Under the pieces are notes generated by a model. The model searched no databases, was not told where the DNA came from, and worked only from the letters and a program-made list of their open reading frames with translations. Below are positions 23,990 through 36,600 of a stretch of DNA of 64,000 bases, piece by piece. The position numbers were made by a program, and so were the translations under genes. How positions within the stretch are numbered: position 1 is the stretch's first letter; the number at the start of each line of letters is the position of its first letter. Origin of the DNA: Narcine bancroftii (Eukaryota); contig NC_091471.1 in the NCBI RefSeq assembly GCF_036971445.1, positions 295,864,001 through 295,928,000 of the forward strand. The letters run 5' to 3'.

Positions 23990-24660
23990 AAAAATCGTGC
24001 TTTGCCCTCAGAATGCTGGCAGAATCTACGCGCATGCGCCGGACAAGCCTGTTGCTTGCACGCCCACGAGCCCGCGTCCAGGCGTGAGTGACAGCAACAG
24101 CAACCAATCAGCATCAGGACTGTTCGCGGCAACCAATCGAACACCAATAAGAGGTAGAACTTTAAATAAAATGGGATTGATTTCATCTCCGAAACCTTTC
24201 CAGACGCTACCACCGGGGGAAGGGAGGGAGGGGACGCCGGGCTTTCCTTTTCACCTCATGAACTATAGCTCACCTCATTCCTCTCCAAATACAAGGTTCG
24301 TGGTCGCTTCATCCTCTTTCTTATTAAGGGGGTAGACTTTATTGTTAACAGTTGTACTGTTCTCGACGCCTGCTATCTTTTACTGTCACCTTCCCCCCTC
24401 CCCTTCTCCCGCATGTATTTTATGTGCGATTCAAAAAGGAGACGAGCGAACCGGTCGCTGAGTGACAGGCCAGATGGCCAATAGAAAGAGGAGAATTGAA
24501 CAACTTGGGCGGGGCGGGCGCCGCTCAGACGCGGCGGCGATCGATGAATGGGGATGGCGGAGCGCAGCTCTCTGCGTTTGCACCGGGCGCTCCTGCATCA
24601 GGATACGCGGTAAGGACGTCCGGAGCGGTTTGCACCGGCCACCGGGAAGGGGTTGATCAG
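23990..24660. promoter_or_regulatory. Bidirectional CpG promoter for RFXANK (-) and ANKLE1 (+)
   Basis: NRF1-type GCGCATGCGC at 24030-24039; CCAAT boxes at about 24104, 24134, 24145 and 24478; GC box GGGCGGGGCGGG at about 24507; CpG-rich. Confidence 0.75.
24554..24609 (+). CDS. ANKLE1: ANKLE1 exon 1
   Basis: MAERSSLRLHRALLHQDT; CG|gtaagg phase 2 matches exon 2. Confidence 0.8.
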
Positions 24661-27600
24661 AAATGAGTCACTGACATTTTAAGGGACGAAGTTTTTTTCA
24701 GACAATGTAAATAGACAACAACAGTTTTAACCCAACCACTCCCAGGCTCTTGCACCTCCCTGTACTACCCTGAGTATAAATACTCTGGAATTCCCTTAAG
24801 ATCTGTGCAACAATGAAACATCACTTGCATAACTGCAATTATGAACATTTATCTATCCTTGATATGTCCTCTTTTAAATTCTCGATTTTTGAGTGAACTT
24901 AAATTGTAATTGTTGTAGTCAGTGTTCCTGTTTGCTTGCAGCAGGTAGGAATCTGGGTGCATTGTGCTTGTGTATGACAATAAATCGCATTGACGTGACA
25001 GGGGCTGAGGTGGAAGGTTGTTGCACAGAGTGGGATAGCCCAAGGGTCTGTGTGAAGTACTCTGTATTTGTTGAGGTATTTCTATTTGGTGTTCAGAGGG
25101 ACCAAGGTATCCATTCCCTGAAAGTTTGCCTTAGTTTCAGCAAACTGTTGGGAGGCCTTAGTTACTGGAGGATCTGAGTGCAAGAGGAGAGCTGATTCCA
25201 GTTCCATTGGAGCCTGGCGAGAGCGAGTCCGTGAGGTTGTGTAAGGTTTGGTATCCCCACCTAGAGAAGAATATGCCTGCCTCAGACTAGGAAGGGATGC
25301 AGACAGAACACCCCAAATTTGTCTGCTCCACTTCTGTTCTGAGATTTTTAAAGAAAGCACTTGGAGAACTAGAATTTATAAATCAAGCCAAATGGAAGTC
25401 ATGACAAGCTCACTTTAAGATATTATGTCCCATTCTGAGTCCCAAACTTTAGGAAAGATGTGAAGGCTTTGGAGAACCTTACAGCACTGAACAGGCCCTT
25501 CAGCCCAACCTGTCCATTCTGACCTGGGCAAATTTCATTTGCCTGCATTCGGTCCATGTCCTTCCAATCCCATTCAATCCATAAATCTGTCTAATTATCT
25601 TTTGAATGTCAGAATCCTGCCCAGTTCTTTCTCTGACAGCTTGTTCCAGATACAGTGACTGTCACCCCACAGGTCCTGGTTAAATGTCTTCTCTCATGCC
25701 TTAAACCCATGCTTTCTAGTTCTGGATTTGCCAACCCTGGGAATAATACTGAGCATTCACTTTATCGATACTCCTCATGATTTTGTAATGTCGACCTCTG
25801 ACACTCTTGGAAGTAAAGACCCAACCTATAACTCCTATTCCAGTAACATCCTGAGGAATCTCCTTTGTGCCCATTCCAATTCATTGATGTCCTTCCTATA
25901 GCTGGGAGAGCAGAATGTCACAAAATACTTTTGTGTGATCTTGCCATCATTTTGTACAACTGAATCATGGGAACACAAACTTTTGTACTTGGTACCCTGG
26001 CCAATGAAGGACAGTGGTCTATACACCTTTCTTCACCACCTTGATCACCTGAGTCGCTACTTTCAGGGCACTATCCACTTATACCCCTAGGTATCTCTGT
26101 TCTAAATCTCTCTCCAGGGCCTGTCATTCACCATGTGCATCCTGCCTTGGTTTGACTCACCAAAGTGCAACACAGTACATGTGTCAGAGTTAAATTCTCT
26201 TTGCCGCTCCTTGGTCCAATTGACCTAGATCCTATTGTAAACTTAGATATTCTTCTTCACTGTTGACTACACCATCAATTTTGGTACCATCTGAAAATTT
26301 ACTAATCAAGTTATCTACATCACCATTGAAATTGTTGAATCAAATCAAATACAATTTATTCTCATGTAATATTACATGAAATTGCCTTTAGTCTGCCATA
26401 AGGCAAAGATTCGTCATTAGCATTACCCGGTACCCCTTCCAGTCAGAGAAAGAAGCAAAAGAGATTCATTCTCTTCCCCCCCCCACCCCCCTCATCGAGT
26501 GTCATTGGACTGTGGATCCATTTACAACACTCCTGCAGGTGCACAGACTAGTTCAGTTCACATATTGGCAGCCTGAGCCCAGATCCAAACATCTGATGTG
26601 ATGAGGAAGACTTCAGCACCTAGGGCCCTTCAGGAGCCCTCCTTACCTCAGCACACTCTCAAATCCTGGTTCTGATGCCTGGTTTTTGTGACCCAGTCCC
26701 CAGCAGCCCATGGTCTGGTGTTGTGGAGCTCCATCCTCTTCTCACTTCAGACCTAGGGAATAACTTTAGACCTGTCAAACTTGCACAAAGCATTTTTTTG
26801 AAACCAACGAGCGAGATCACCGTGGATCCCAATTGATCTAACCTGCATGCAGAACCTTATCAGGGAGGGCGTTGCTAAAGTCCATAGATATTTGCCCTAC
26901 CCTTCTCAATCCTCATTACCTCTTCAAAGGCTCTATCAAATTCATAAACTGTGGTCTTTCATACATAAATTCTGACTACCAAACATTCTGCTATCCAAAT
27001 GCTGGTAAGTTCTCTCAGGCTGGAGAAACTAGGGTTGTCCTCTTTGTACAGAGGGACTGTGAGGTTGAATAGGATCGGGCATGCAGAAAGAAGTTTCTGT
27101 TGAAGGGCTCAAAAACTGAGGAACTAAAATAGGGGTGATTGGAAAAGGAACAGCAAGTATGGTAGGGAAGATTGAGGTAGTGAATGGTTGGAGGCTGGGG
27201 TGGGAGTTGCATGGGAGGGAAGTGGGAGCAGGCATTCATGGATGGGCTAGACTCCAAAGATCCAGCAGAGATGTGTGGAGAGGGCAGAGGAGCAGGACTA
27301 GTTGGGTTGCTCTTGCATAGAACCAGTAATTATTCAATGGGCTGAATAGTCTCCCATTAATTTTGGTACAGGTGTACCTGTGGAAACTGGTCCCCCCCCC
27401 CCCCAGGTGAGGGACGATCCCTGACCCCTGGACAAATAACGTACCTTCCCCCCAAGTGAGGGGGAGGACCCCATAACTGGTTGAGGGTCACCCTCCCCCG
27501 CCACATCCCCGGGCACAGGAGAAACCTGGCACGCAAGCCCTCTGTGACCCTTCCATCAGGATTACCTCCACCCTGAACATGCCCAGAATGTCTTCAAAGC

Positions 27601-30600
27601 CCCTTGTGCTGTGGCCTCTCTGAGTTCTGACTGCCTAAACCCCATGATCCCCAACTCCAAGGTCCTCCTTTTCCTCAGCCCCCTAATGAAGCCGAACCCT
27701 CCATTGCCTCGATGAAGACCCCTCCACCCCCTGTTCCTTTCAGTGTCATGTCAACCAGTTTCAGGTGCCAGATCTCCACATCTAGCTCAGTGCCTTGTGA
27801 TGATCACCTGCATGGTGAATTTGTTACCATATGAAATCTGCTACATGCAAGGTGTGCTTGAGGGATGCACACTTCTGAATGCAGGCAAAGGGAAAACAAA
27901 CAGAAACCTGTTGTTTACCTGAATTTCCAGAAGGCATTCAATAAGATGCCACATAAAAGACATAGCATGGATAAAAGATTGGTTAACCAATAGAGAGCAG
28001 AGAGTTGGGATATGAGGGTGTTTTTCTTCTGGTTGGTGAGTGGTGTGCTGCGGGGATCGGTGCTGGAAGCGGGGATTGTGTGTAGTGTATCTAAGTTTGC
28101 TGTTGATGCTAAATTGAGTGGAGAAGCAAATTGTGCAGAGGATACAGAGAGATAGATAGGTCAAGTGAGTGGGCAAGGGTCTGACAGATGGGTTACAATA
28201 TTGGTAAATGTGAGGTTATCCACTTTGGAAGTAAAAATGGAAGATCAGAGTTTTATTTAAATGGCAAGAGATTGCAGCATTCTGCTGTGCTGAAGGTGTT
28301 CAGGTCTCCTTATTTGACGAAGGATGTACTGGCTTTGGAGACCATGCAGAGAATGTTCACCGGGCTGATTCCAGAAATTAGGGGGTTGGCCTGTGAGGAG
28401 AGGTTGAATCGTCTGGGACTGTACTCGCTGGAATTTAGAAGAATAAGAAGGGATCCTATAGAAACATAAAATTATGAAAGGCATAGATATAACCATATAA
28501 CCATTTACGGAGCGGAAACAGGCCATGTTGGCCTTTCGAGTCCGCACCGGTTCACTGATTTTGTGCGCCCTCTTCAGGCATTGGTCCCGGTAGATCTTCA
28601 TTCAATAATGGCCGAATTCAATGCAGGTGGAATCAGATAATAGCAAAACTAAGAGCAAACAGATTGGCTGTCTGTGTACCAAAAATAGTAAAACTTGACG
28701 AAACTGGATTTATTAAGAAAAGACAAACAATGGACAATATCTCTAAGTTCATTAATTTTCCATTTTGGGTGGGGGACACAAGAACTAGGGGGCATAGCCT
28801 CAAGATTCAGGGTAATAGATTTAGGACTGAGATGAAGAGGAACTGCTTTTCCTGAGGTTAGTGAATCTGTGGAATTGACTGCCCATTGAAGCAGTGGAGA
28901 CTACCTCAGTAAAAATATTTAAGACAAGGTTGGATAGATTTTATCATAAAAGGGGAAATTAAGTGATATGGGGTAAAGACAGGAGGGTGGAGATGAGCCA
29001 ATCATCAGATCAGCCAATCTTCACCCATGATCTCATTGAATGGTGGAGCAGGCTTGTTGGCCCTACTCCTGCTCCTTTGTTATGTTCTTATGGTTCCAAG
29101 CTACTGGCCTTGGTCTCTGGCAATAACTGGGTGTTGGTTTTTCCAATCTCTCAGATCCGTGGAAAAGTGGTTGAAAGTTGGGGTGGATCCTGACCTCCTC
29201 CTCCCAGATGGGATAGCAGCACTGCACCTTGCATCAGGGCAGGACACAGAAGCTGGCGTCCGCTGTTTAAAGCTCCTTCTGCAGCACGGTGCAGATCCCA
29301 ACATCAGGTGAAACCCTCATGCTGAGATCGGGTACTTCATCCACAGGCCTTCAACACACTGCAGAGAAACCTGATACTCCCTTGTCTGTAGTGGTGGATA
29401 TAAAACCAACAGACCTGACCATTACTGTACCCCAGTGTTATACAGTGACAGATCCATTTCCACCATTACTCTACCCAAGTGTTATAGGGACAGACCTGTA
29501 CCCCAGTATTATAGGGACAGACCTGTCCCCACCAGTACTGTACCCCAGTGTTATGGGGACAGACTTGTCCCCACCAGTACTGTACCCCAGTGTTATAGGG
29601 ACAGACCTGTCCCCACCAGAATTGTACCTCAGTGTTATAGTAACAGACCCGTTCCCACTAGTCACCAGTACTGTACGTGTTGTACAGTGATAGATCCATC
29701 CCCCACCAATACTGTACACCAATGTTATCTCTTGACAGACCTATTCCCACTATTCTGTATCCCAGTGTTATACATTAACAGACCTGTCCCCAACAGCAGT
29801 GTACCCCAGTGTTATTTAATGAAACAGAAGCGATGTTCATGAAATTATGTTATAATAGACCTTCTCTAAATCTGTAGATGGTTGTGTGCTGTTGAAATTT
29901 TCTCAGTGTGAATTTACTCATTATATAGATCAGCTGAGGATCTCACTCCTTTGCATGTTGCTGCTTCCTGGGGATGTATCAAGTGTGTGAAACTTCTGCT
30001 TAGAAACGGAGCAGATCCCACTCTGTTGGACGTGGTGAGTAAGGCAGGTGCCAAGAACCTGGCTGTTGGCTGTTTTCATCTGCAGTGAGGAAAGCAGGGT
30101 TTTGAATCCTGACTGCACTGGAAACATTTCTGTTACCGAAACAGCAGTTCGGTAATGTCCAATGGAAGCTGAGAGGAGGTCCGGGAGTGGGATGTTAGGA
30201 CACAAGTTGTGTTCTGAGATGCCTGACCTTACAAGGTTGGGAAGGAGGTTCAACAGCAACCTGTGCAGGAAATAATTGGGAAGGAGAAAAAATCTGAAGG
30301 ATGTAAATGTGGTGGGAGATAGGAAAATGATGTTAAGTGGTCAGCCTGGAATCAGCAGTCTTCTTACCTGTGATTTAATATCCTATGTATCCTCCTGCAA
30401 GGAGATGGAGACCGATAATTGTGATGTTGGTCAAGGCAGGAATCAGTCAGGATTCTATTCTCCAGGAAAAATCCACAGGATCTTTTGCATCCACTTGGGG
30501 GGGGATAATGATGCCTCAATTTAACATTCCCTCTGGACAAAGGTGGGACCTCTGGTTCCCACATGCTGACAGTGTCCAGAAATTGGTGCTCCGACCCCAG

Positions 30601-33600
30601 AGAGGGAACAGCAGCCGGAATTGAGGATCATTATAATCCCATTGCGTGATCTTGGTGCCAACCGATCACAGTACAGCGTACCCACAGCATCCTGCATCAG
30701 GCAGCTGGGTGATTGGGAGCTCTGGGAAATACTTTGGGGGCAGATAACAGCAGTTTGGTCTCCACACTTGACTCTCTCTCTTCACTCCCCTCCCAGGATG
30801 GACTGAGTGCTGTGGATTTGGCCAGGCAGCATGGAAATGTGAAATGTTGCCGGATTCTACAAGATTATTTTGACTGCAAGGAGAAGAGAGAGGAAGACTG
30901 CCTGGCATTGCAATATGGTCAAAGTCTAACTGTTCTAAGGGCTTTTGGTGGGGTGTGGGTTGGGTATTGATATGGGATGAAGCTCTGTGAACCAGCTCTC
31001 AAGCCACAGATCAGGGCAGCAATTGGATTGGCCTCCACACCCTGAATGATCAGAGCAATGATATGTATCATCTGAGCAGTATATGGCCTCATCTTAAACA
31101 CTATCTATATTATTCACTTCTTGTGTTTACCACTTCGGTGTACGTCTAATTTGCACTCTGTTTGCTCCCCACACTTTAACATCCTCTCCTTTCTCAGGAA
31201 GAATTTCTGCTGCACTCTGGCTGTATTAGTGACTGCCTTGCCCAGGTTCTCATCTGACTCTACTTGTGGAAGCAGCATGTCTGCAACTACTGTCTCAAAC
31301 CCTTTCATTGTTGGAAAGAACTGACAGGTCAACCACACAGTCACCACTCCAGAGGAAGATAATCTGTGCCCTTGAGAGATTAAACCTGTTTTGGGCCTTT
31401 CAGTCCTTGTGCACACAATGTGACTGATGCTAAAACATTAAAAGGCAAAAATGGCAGGCAGTGGAAAGCTGAAGCACTTATCAGTATCTCTGGAAAGAGA
31501 GATGAAGTTTTTTTTTCAGGTCAATGGTTAGATCAGTCACTTCTCAAAGTCATCAACCTGTGAGGCCCTGTTCCTGCCTGAGGTCTCCCCCACCCGGCAT
31601 TGTATGTTGAGTGAAAATGGAAACCGATTTCACTGACTTGACTCTTGCTAATAAAAAGTTTACACCAGGGGATTCCATCAGGTCTGGAGTTGCACATTAA
31701 ATCCCACTGGCAGGTGAATAACACCTTTCTATTGGTGGGTAGGAGATGGAACAGGCAACTGTGAAAGTGATTGGCCTGTTGAGTTTATAGATGTTAACGA
31801 TTAATTTGCTTGAACCCATTGGAGTATGAATAAAGTCTACGATTGGTTAAACACTGTTGAACAGTGAGTGTTGCCCAATAAATAAAAAGTGGTTTCACCC
31901 AAGGGTTAATCTGCAAACATATTAGAGGGTTGGAGAGTATTAGTTGCCCCCTTCTTTGTTTCCAACATTTGTCAAAAACTGATGATTTTGGAAAAGGTTG
32001 GAAACAAAGAGGGGTGGCTAATACTGAAGCAAGAACGTCCCTTCAGCCCAGAGATTTTTTTTATTCCATGCAGTCTCTTGGGATGTTGTCACAGCTTAAT
32101 CCATAGAAATCTGGAGAAACACCACAGGAGGCTCTTCTGCCCCTCATGCATGTGCTAGCTCTGTGGAAGAGCTCTTGAATGATTCTCTGTTCTTGTCTTG
32201 CCACTATGTTTTGAAGGAGGATTTGGGTTAAAGGGTGACCTTCAATGTTCAAGGCATCAGTAATCCAAGAATTTATGGTCCAAGTATTTACAGTTTGGAT
32301 TAAAACCAGGCAGAAGGAGATCTTATGGGGAAGGTTTAAATTAGAGACTGGAAAGATATTGCAGAACCTTTGTCCAATACAGAAAATATGTTTTAGCAGC
32401 TTTCCTCTTTCAGAGGTGGCCAGGCCAGAGTGCAGTTTCCTAGGGCCAGTCCTTGCATCTGGGAATGGAATGGGGAAACCACATCGGAAGAGAAGAAATT
32501 ACTAACTTTTGATTCTTTGATTGTTGCAGTGGGCTTTCGGAGAGTGAGCAGTGGTCTTCATTTCTTCACCAATGTGGCCAGGTATGGGATCACTGATTCC
32601 CACAGGACTTCCAGCCTCCCTGGAAAACATGAAGAATCTCATGCAGAACAGTCCCTGACAGATAGTCGGTGGGTGTTTGCATCTTATGCCAATGGAACTG
32701 GGCAGGGACTGAGTAACAGCTCAGATGATGATCGTTTGGGAGAAGTCACATCGGTCTGGTCTCAGTCCTGGGGACAATCAACAAAAGTACAGAGTCCACG
32801 CAACCCCACCACCATTCCTGAAGATAAGAGTGAAGAGAACATTGTGGGTGAAGCTACAGAACAACTGCTTGATTACTGCGTCCTGTCTAACATCACACAG
32901 CAGACTTTGGGTGGTTTGCATTGTGCCGCTGTCACTGTGGGAGATCATGCACCAGCAGACCAAAAGTTAACCGTCCAGGATGATGAGAGTTTTGATCTTA
33001 GGGCTCCGCCATCCTGTCTGGACAGCAACCACAGTCGGGGCAGTTCAATTGATGATGAAAGCTTTCTACCTCCATCTGCAACAGGAGCCCCTCTTCCTGG
33101 GAACCATAGGTTAGGTACCTCAACCAGTCCTCACCTTGGAACCCAACAAGTCCCATCAAAACAGGGCTGCGGACAGCAAATGTCAGCTGTTTTACATGAA
33201 AAGAAGGGCGGTGACCTCTCCGGTGACTGTGAGTGGATCTCTGAATTGGATTGTACCTGCGCTCTGACAGAGCAATCCCAAGCCAGTGTTTCTCCATCAA
33301 ATACCCAGCACACAGGATTGTTTGATTCTGAGCTTGTAGTAAGACCGCACAGGGCCAGCGGCATCACTATGACCTCCCCAGATCATATCTATGAGCTATC
33401 ACATGCAAATGTGACTTTGTTATTAGATCAGATGATTGCAGTTCCCTCTGAAGCTGGTGAACACTGCACCCAGGTCCCAGACGGTGATGGCTGCGTCAGG
33501 GTTGAATGTGCCCAGACTGAGGGCGGTGGTTCTGTCTTGGGGAACAGCCCCTACTATAGCTGTGAAAGTGGATCCGAGGTTTTCGCCAGTGCTGTGGGAA

Positions 33601-36600
33601 GCGTTACCAGTGTGCGCTGGGCACGACAGGATCGGGAAGATCCAGTGACTCCAACGGACAACGGTTCTCCCTCCACAATGCAGATTCCTTCAGACAGACT
33701 CTGGGGTGGTTCTTGTTCAAGGTCTCAAAGTGGGGTTAATTCGGTGCTGCCCCCTCCCATTTTGAGATCCAGTGTCTCGCAGGAAGGCTGGGAGCCAATG
33801 CCGACACTTCCATTTGAGGAAGCAAGCTTTGTTGAGGAAAGTCCTGGTGACTACTGTTTGCCAGGAGCTGTTTCACAATCCATGTACAGTTCACCCACAC
33901 AGCACTGTATCTCAGGCAGCCTGTACAGCACTCTGGCTGAGCCAGGCAACAAGGGGAACTTGCATGGGGGTCTAGCCTGCACCAATTGCGGTCTATGCAA
34001 GGAACGCCGAGTGTTGATGGGTGGTGAAGGTGGATCCGAGCAGAATCGGCCAATCAGAGAGCCCGAATCTATCAGAATTCCGGTGAAAGCCAAGGGTTTT
34101 CCAGGTTCCTTGATGCATTCAGAGTATTTATCTGTCCAAGTAGAGCAGCTGCGGCATGGGGCAGAAGGAAGGACACCAGCTGATCCAGAAGGATCGGAAG
34201 GCCCGACAGTGGAAGGTGAAGGTGGCTCTGGTTTGGCAAAGAGATTCAAGGACGTGGAGTCTTACAAAGGAGGCCCCTCTTTGGCCAATGAGGAAAGGTT
34301 GTCGCCTTTCGTTACTCTGCGCACCAAGAGCCGATTGGCCAACTCTGCATCTATCCATGACCCTTTGCTCTTTGACCAGAGTGTTCCCCGGCCAACTAGA
34401 ATTAGAAGAGTCCGCAACCTACAGGATGATACCCTCACTCCTGATTGCTCCAATGTATTGCAGGATGGCAAGGATGAAGATCACTCACTCTCAACTTGCT
34501 CATCAGCTGAAAATGATGCAGTCTTTGACACAGTCCCCTTTGTTCATGGTAATGGTCACTGGGCCAAATGTGTTCAGAACCAGGGGTCTATCTGCTTGGT
34601 TACAGCTAATCCCAAGAGGAGCGGAATGGATGTGTTGCTGAGGTCACACGATGCGGGTGGTATCCAGAATCTCCAGCTGAGATCTGTGGGCAGCAGTCCA
34701 GAACCAACGGAGAGGAGCCAGGCAGAGAGGCTGGTCAATGAGCTGCCTCCAGGGAAGAGAGCGAGTGGTACCTCTGAGGACAGACCCTGTGTTCCAGCAG
34801 TGGAAACTAGAGCCCATGAAGAGCTGAAGGTGTTGGAGAGTTGGAAGATAAATAAAGCTGTGCAGTTGCCCAGTGCTCCTAAGTGCCCATCTCCTCAGTG
34901 CCTGAGCCTAGCACCCGTTATCAATGCTCAGGACAAGAAGTGCAATATGCTGGAACACGGCAGGTTCAAGGGTTATGTCTCTCAGTCAGAGAATCAAATG
35001 GAAGCTTCACTCAGCAAAGGGATCAGCCATTCCCTGCAGCCTCTGAAGGGTCTTCTGTCCAATATGAAATGGCAGAGCTGCCTGAGTCGCCCTCCTGTGC
35101 CTGTGTCTCCTGGTAACCGTCCTGTCAGCTGTGGTGAGAGCGAACCACTGGAGTTCCTTTACACTGATGCTGAGGGTAGCCATGCCCTGATTGAATGCTG
35201 TTATCCCTGCAAGGACACAAGCTTTCAACACCTGGCTGCTTCCAGCGATGACGAGACCATCATCTACGACTGGAAGACCTATCAAAGCAGCAAAGTGACT
35301 CCTGAGGAGAAGGAGAACCTCTGGCCGAGCAACGAGCCCCCCAGCATTTCACCTCGCCTCCACCGCCTGTCCAATAGGCAGATACTGAAGCAGCTACGGG
35401 AGTTCGGAGAGGACCCTGGACCAGTGACCAACCTCACCCGAGGTGTTTACCTGCTTCATCTGCATCGGATACAGAAGGAAGGCCGTCCCCAGAGGCAGCC
35501 CACACCAAGTGAGTGCAGAGTTTGACCATCTAACCCTAAATAAGTTGCTGTGGTTAATTGGCATTATTCGTGATCTTTCAGGAATCGCTGGAGTCAGAAT
35601 GGTTCAAGAGAAATTGAAAATAACAAATGTAGGGAGAGAGGAACAGGCCATAGGTCGGTTAGCCTGACTCCAGTAGCCGGCAAGGTTCCAGAGTAAGGGT
35701 GAAGAGTCTATATTCAAAAGCACACGATAAAATGGACTGAAGTCAGCATGTTTCTTTAAGGGGAGATCTTGCTTGTCGAACAAGTTAGAATTCTTTTTTT
35801 TTAAATTTTTTATTTTTCACACCATAAATCACATTAGCCATGCTACACACTTTCTTTTTCACACATATACAGTGACTTTTTCTTCCCACCCCCCTACCCT
35901 CCTCCCATCCATTTTAGGTATACAATCTAGGTTACATTAAACCAGTCAGACAATGTTGTCATTCAACAAAAATACACCAGAAATTCTACTGAGTCCATTC
36001 TTTTCTTTCCTTCTCCTTCCATCAACTTAGGTAATGGTTGTCCCCGGTAGGTTTTCGCTATTGTATTTAATGTAAGGCTCCCATATTTGTTCGAATATTT
36101 CAATATTATTTCTTAAACTATGTTATTTTTTCTAATGGAATACATTTATTCATTTCTATATACCATTGTTGTATTTTCAAATTATCTTCCAATTTCCAGG
36201 TTGACATAATACATTTTTTTGCTACGGCTAGAGCTATCTTACAAATCTTTTTTGTGCATCCTCCAAATCAATTCCAAATTCTTTGTTTTTTATGTTACTT
36301 AGGAGAAAGATCTCTGGATTCTTTGGTATTTTGTTTTCTGTTATTTTATTTAATATCTGATTGAGATCTTCCCAAAATTTTTCTACTTTCTCACATGTCC
36401 AGATTGCATGAATTGTTGTTCCCATTTCTTTTTTACATCGAAAACATCTATCAGATACTGTTGGGTCCCATTTATTTAACTTTTGCGGTGTAATGTATAG
36501 ACTGTGTAACCAGTTATATTGTATCATACGTAGCCTCGTATTTATTGTATTTCTCATCGTTCCAGAACATAATTTCTCCCATGTTTCCTTTTTTATCTTT

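Noticed and set aside
24085-24112. MHC-II-like X-Y box module in the RFXANK promoter (autoregulation)
   Set aside because: CAGCAAC and CCAAT abut, with orientation and spacing unlike the S-X-Y module; a plain NF-Y site is sufficient
29289-29842. ORFs with repeated peptides (GTDLSPPVLYPSV)
   Set aside because: Translations of the 42-bp intronic minisatellite
31198-31324. Possible extra ANKLE1 exon after ttctcag
   Set aside because: Stops in all frames before a convincing donor; exon 4 joins exon 5 in phase without it
32430-35525. 1031-aa ORF as a stand-alone novel gene
   Set aside because: Has splice sites in phase with flanking ANKLE1 exons and ends in the LEM domain
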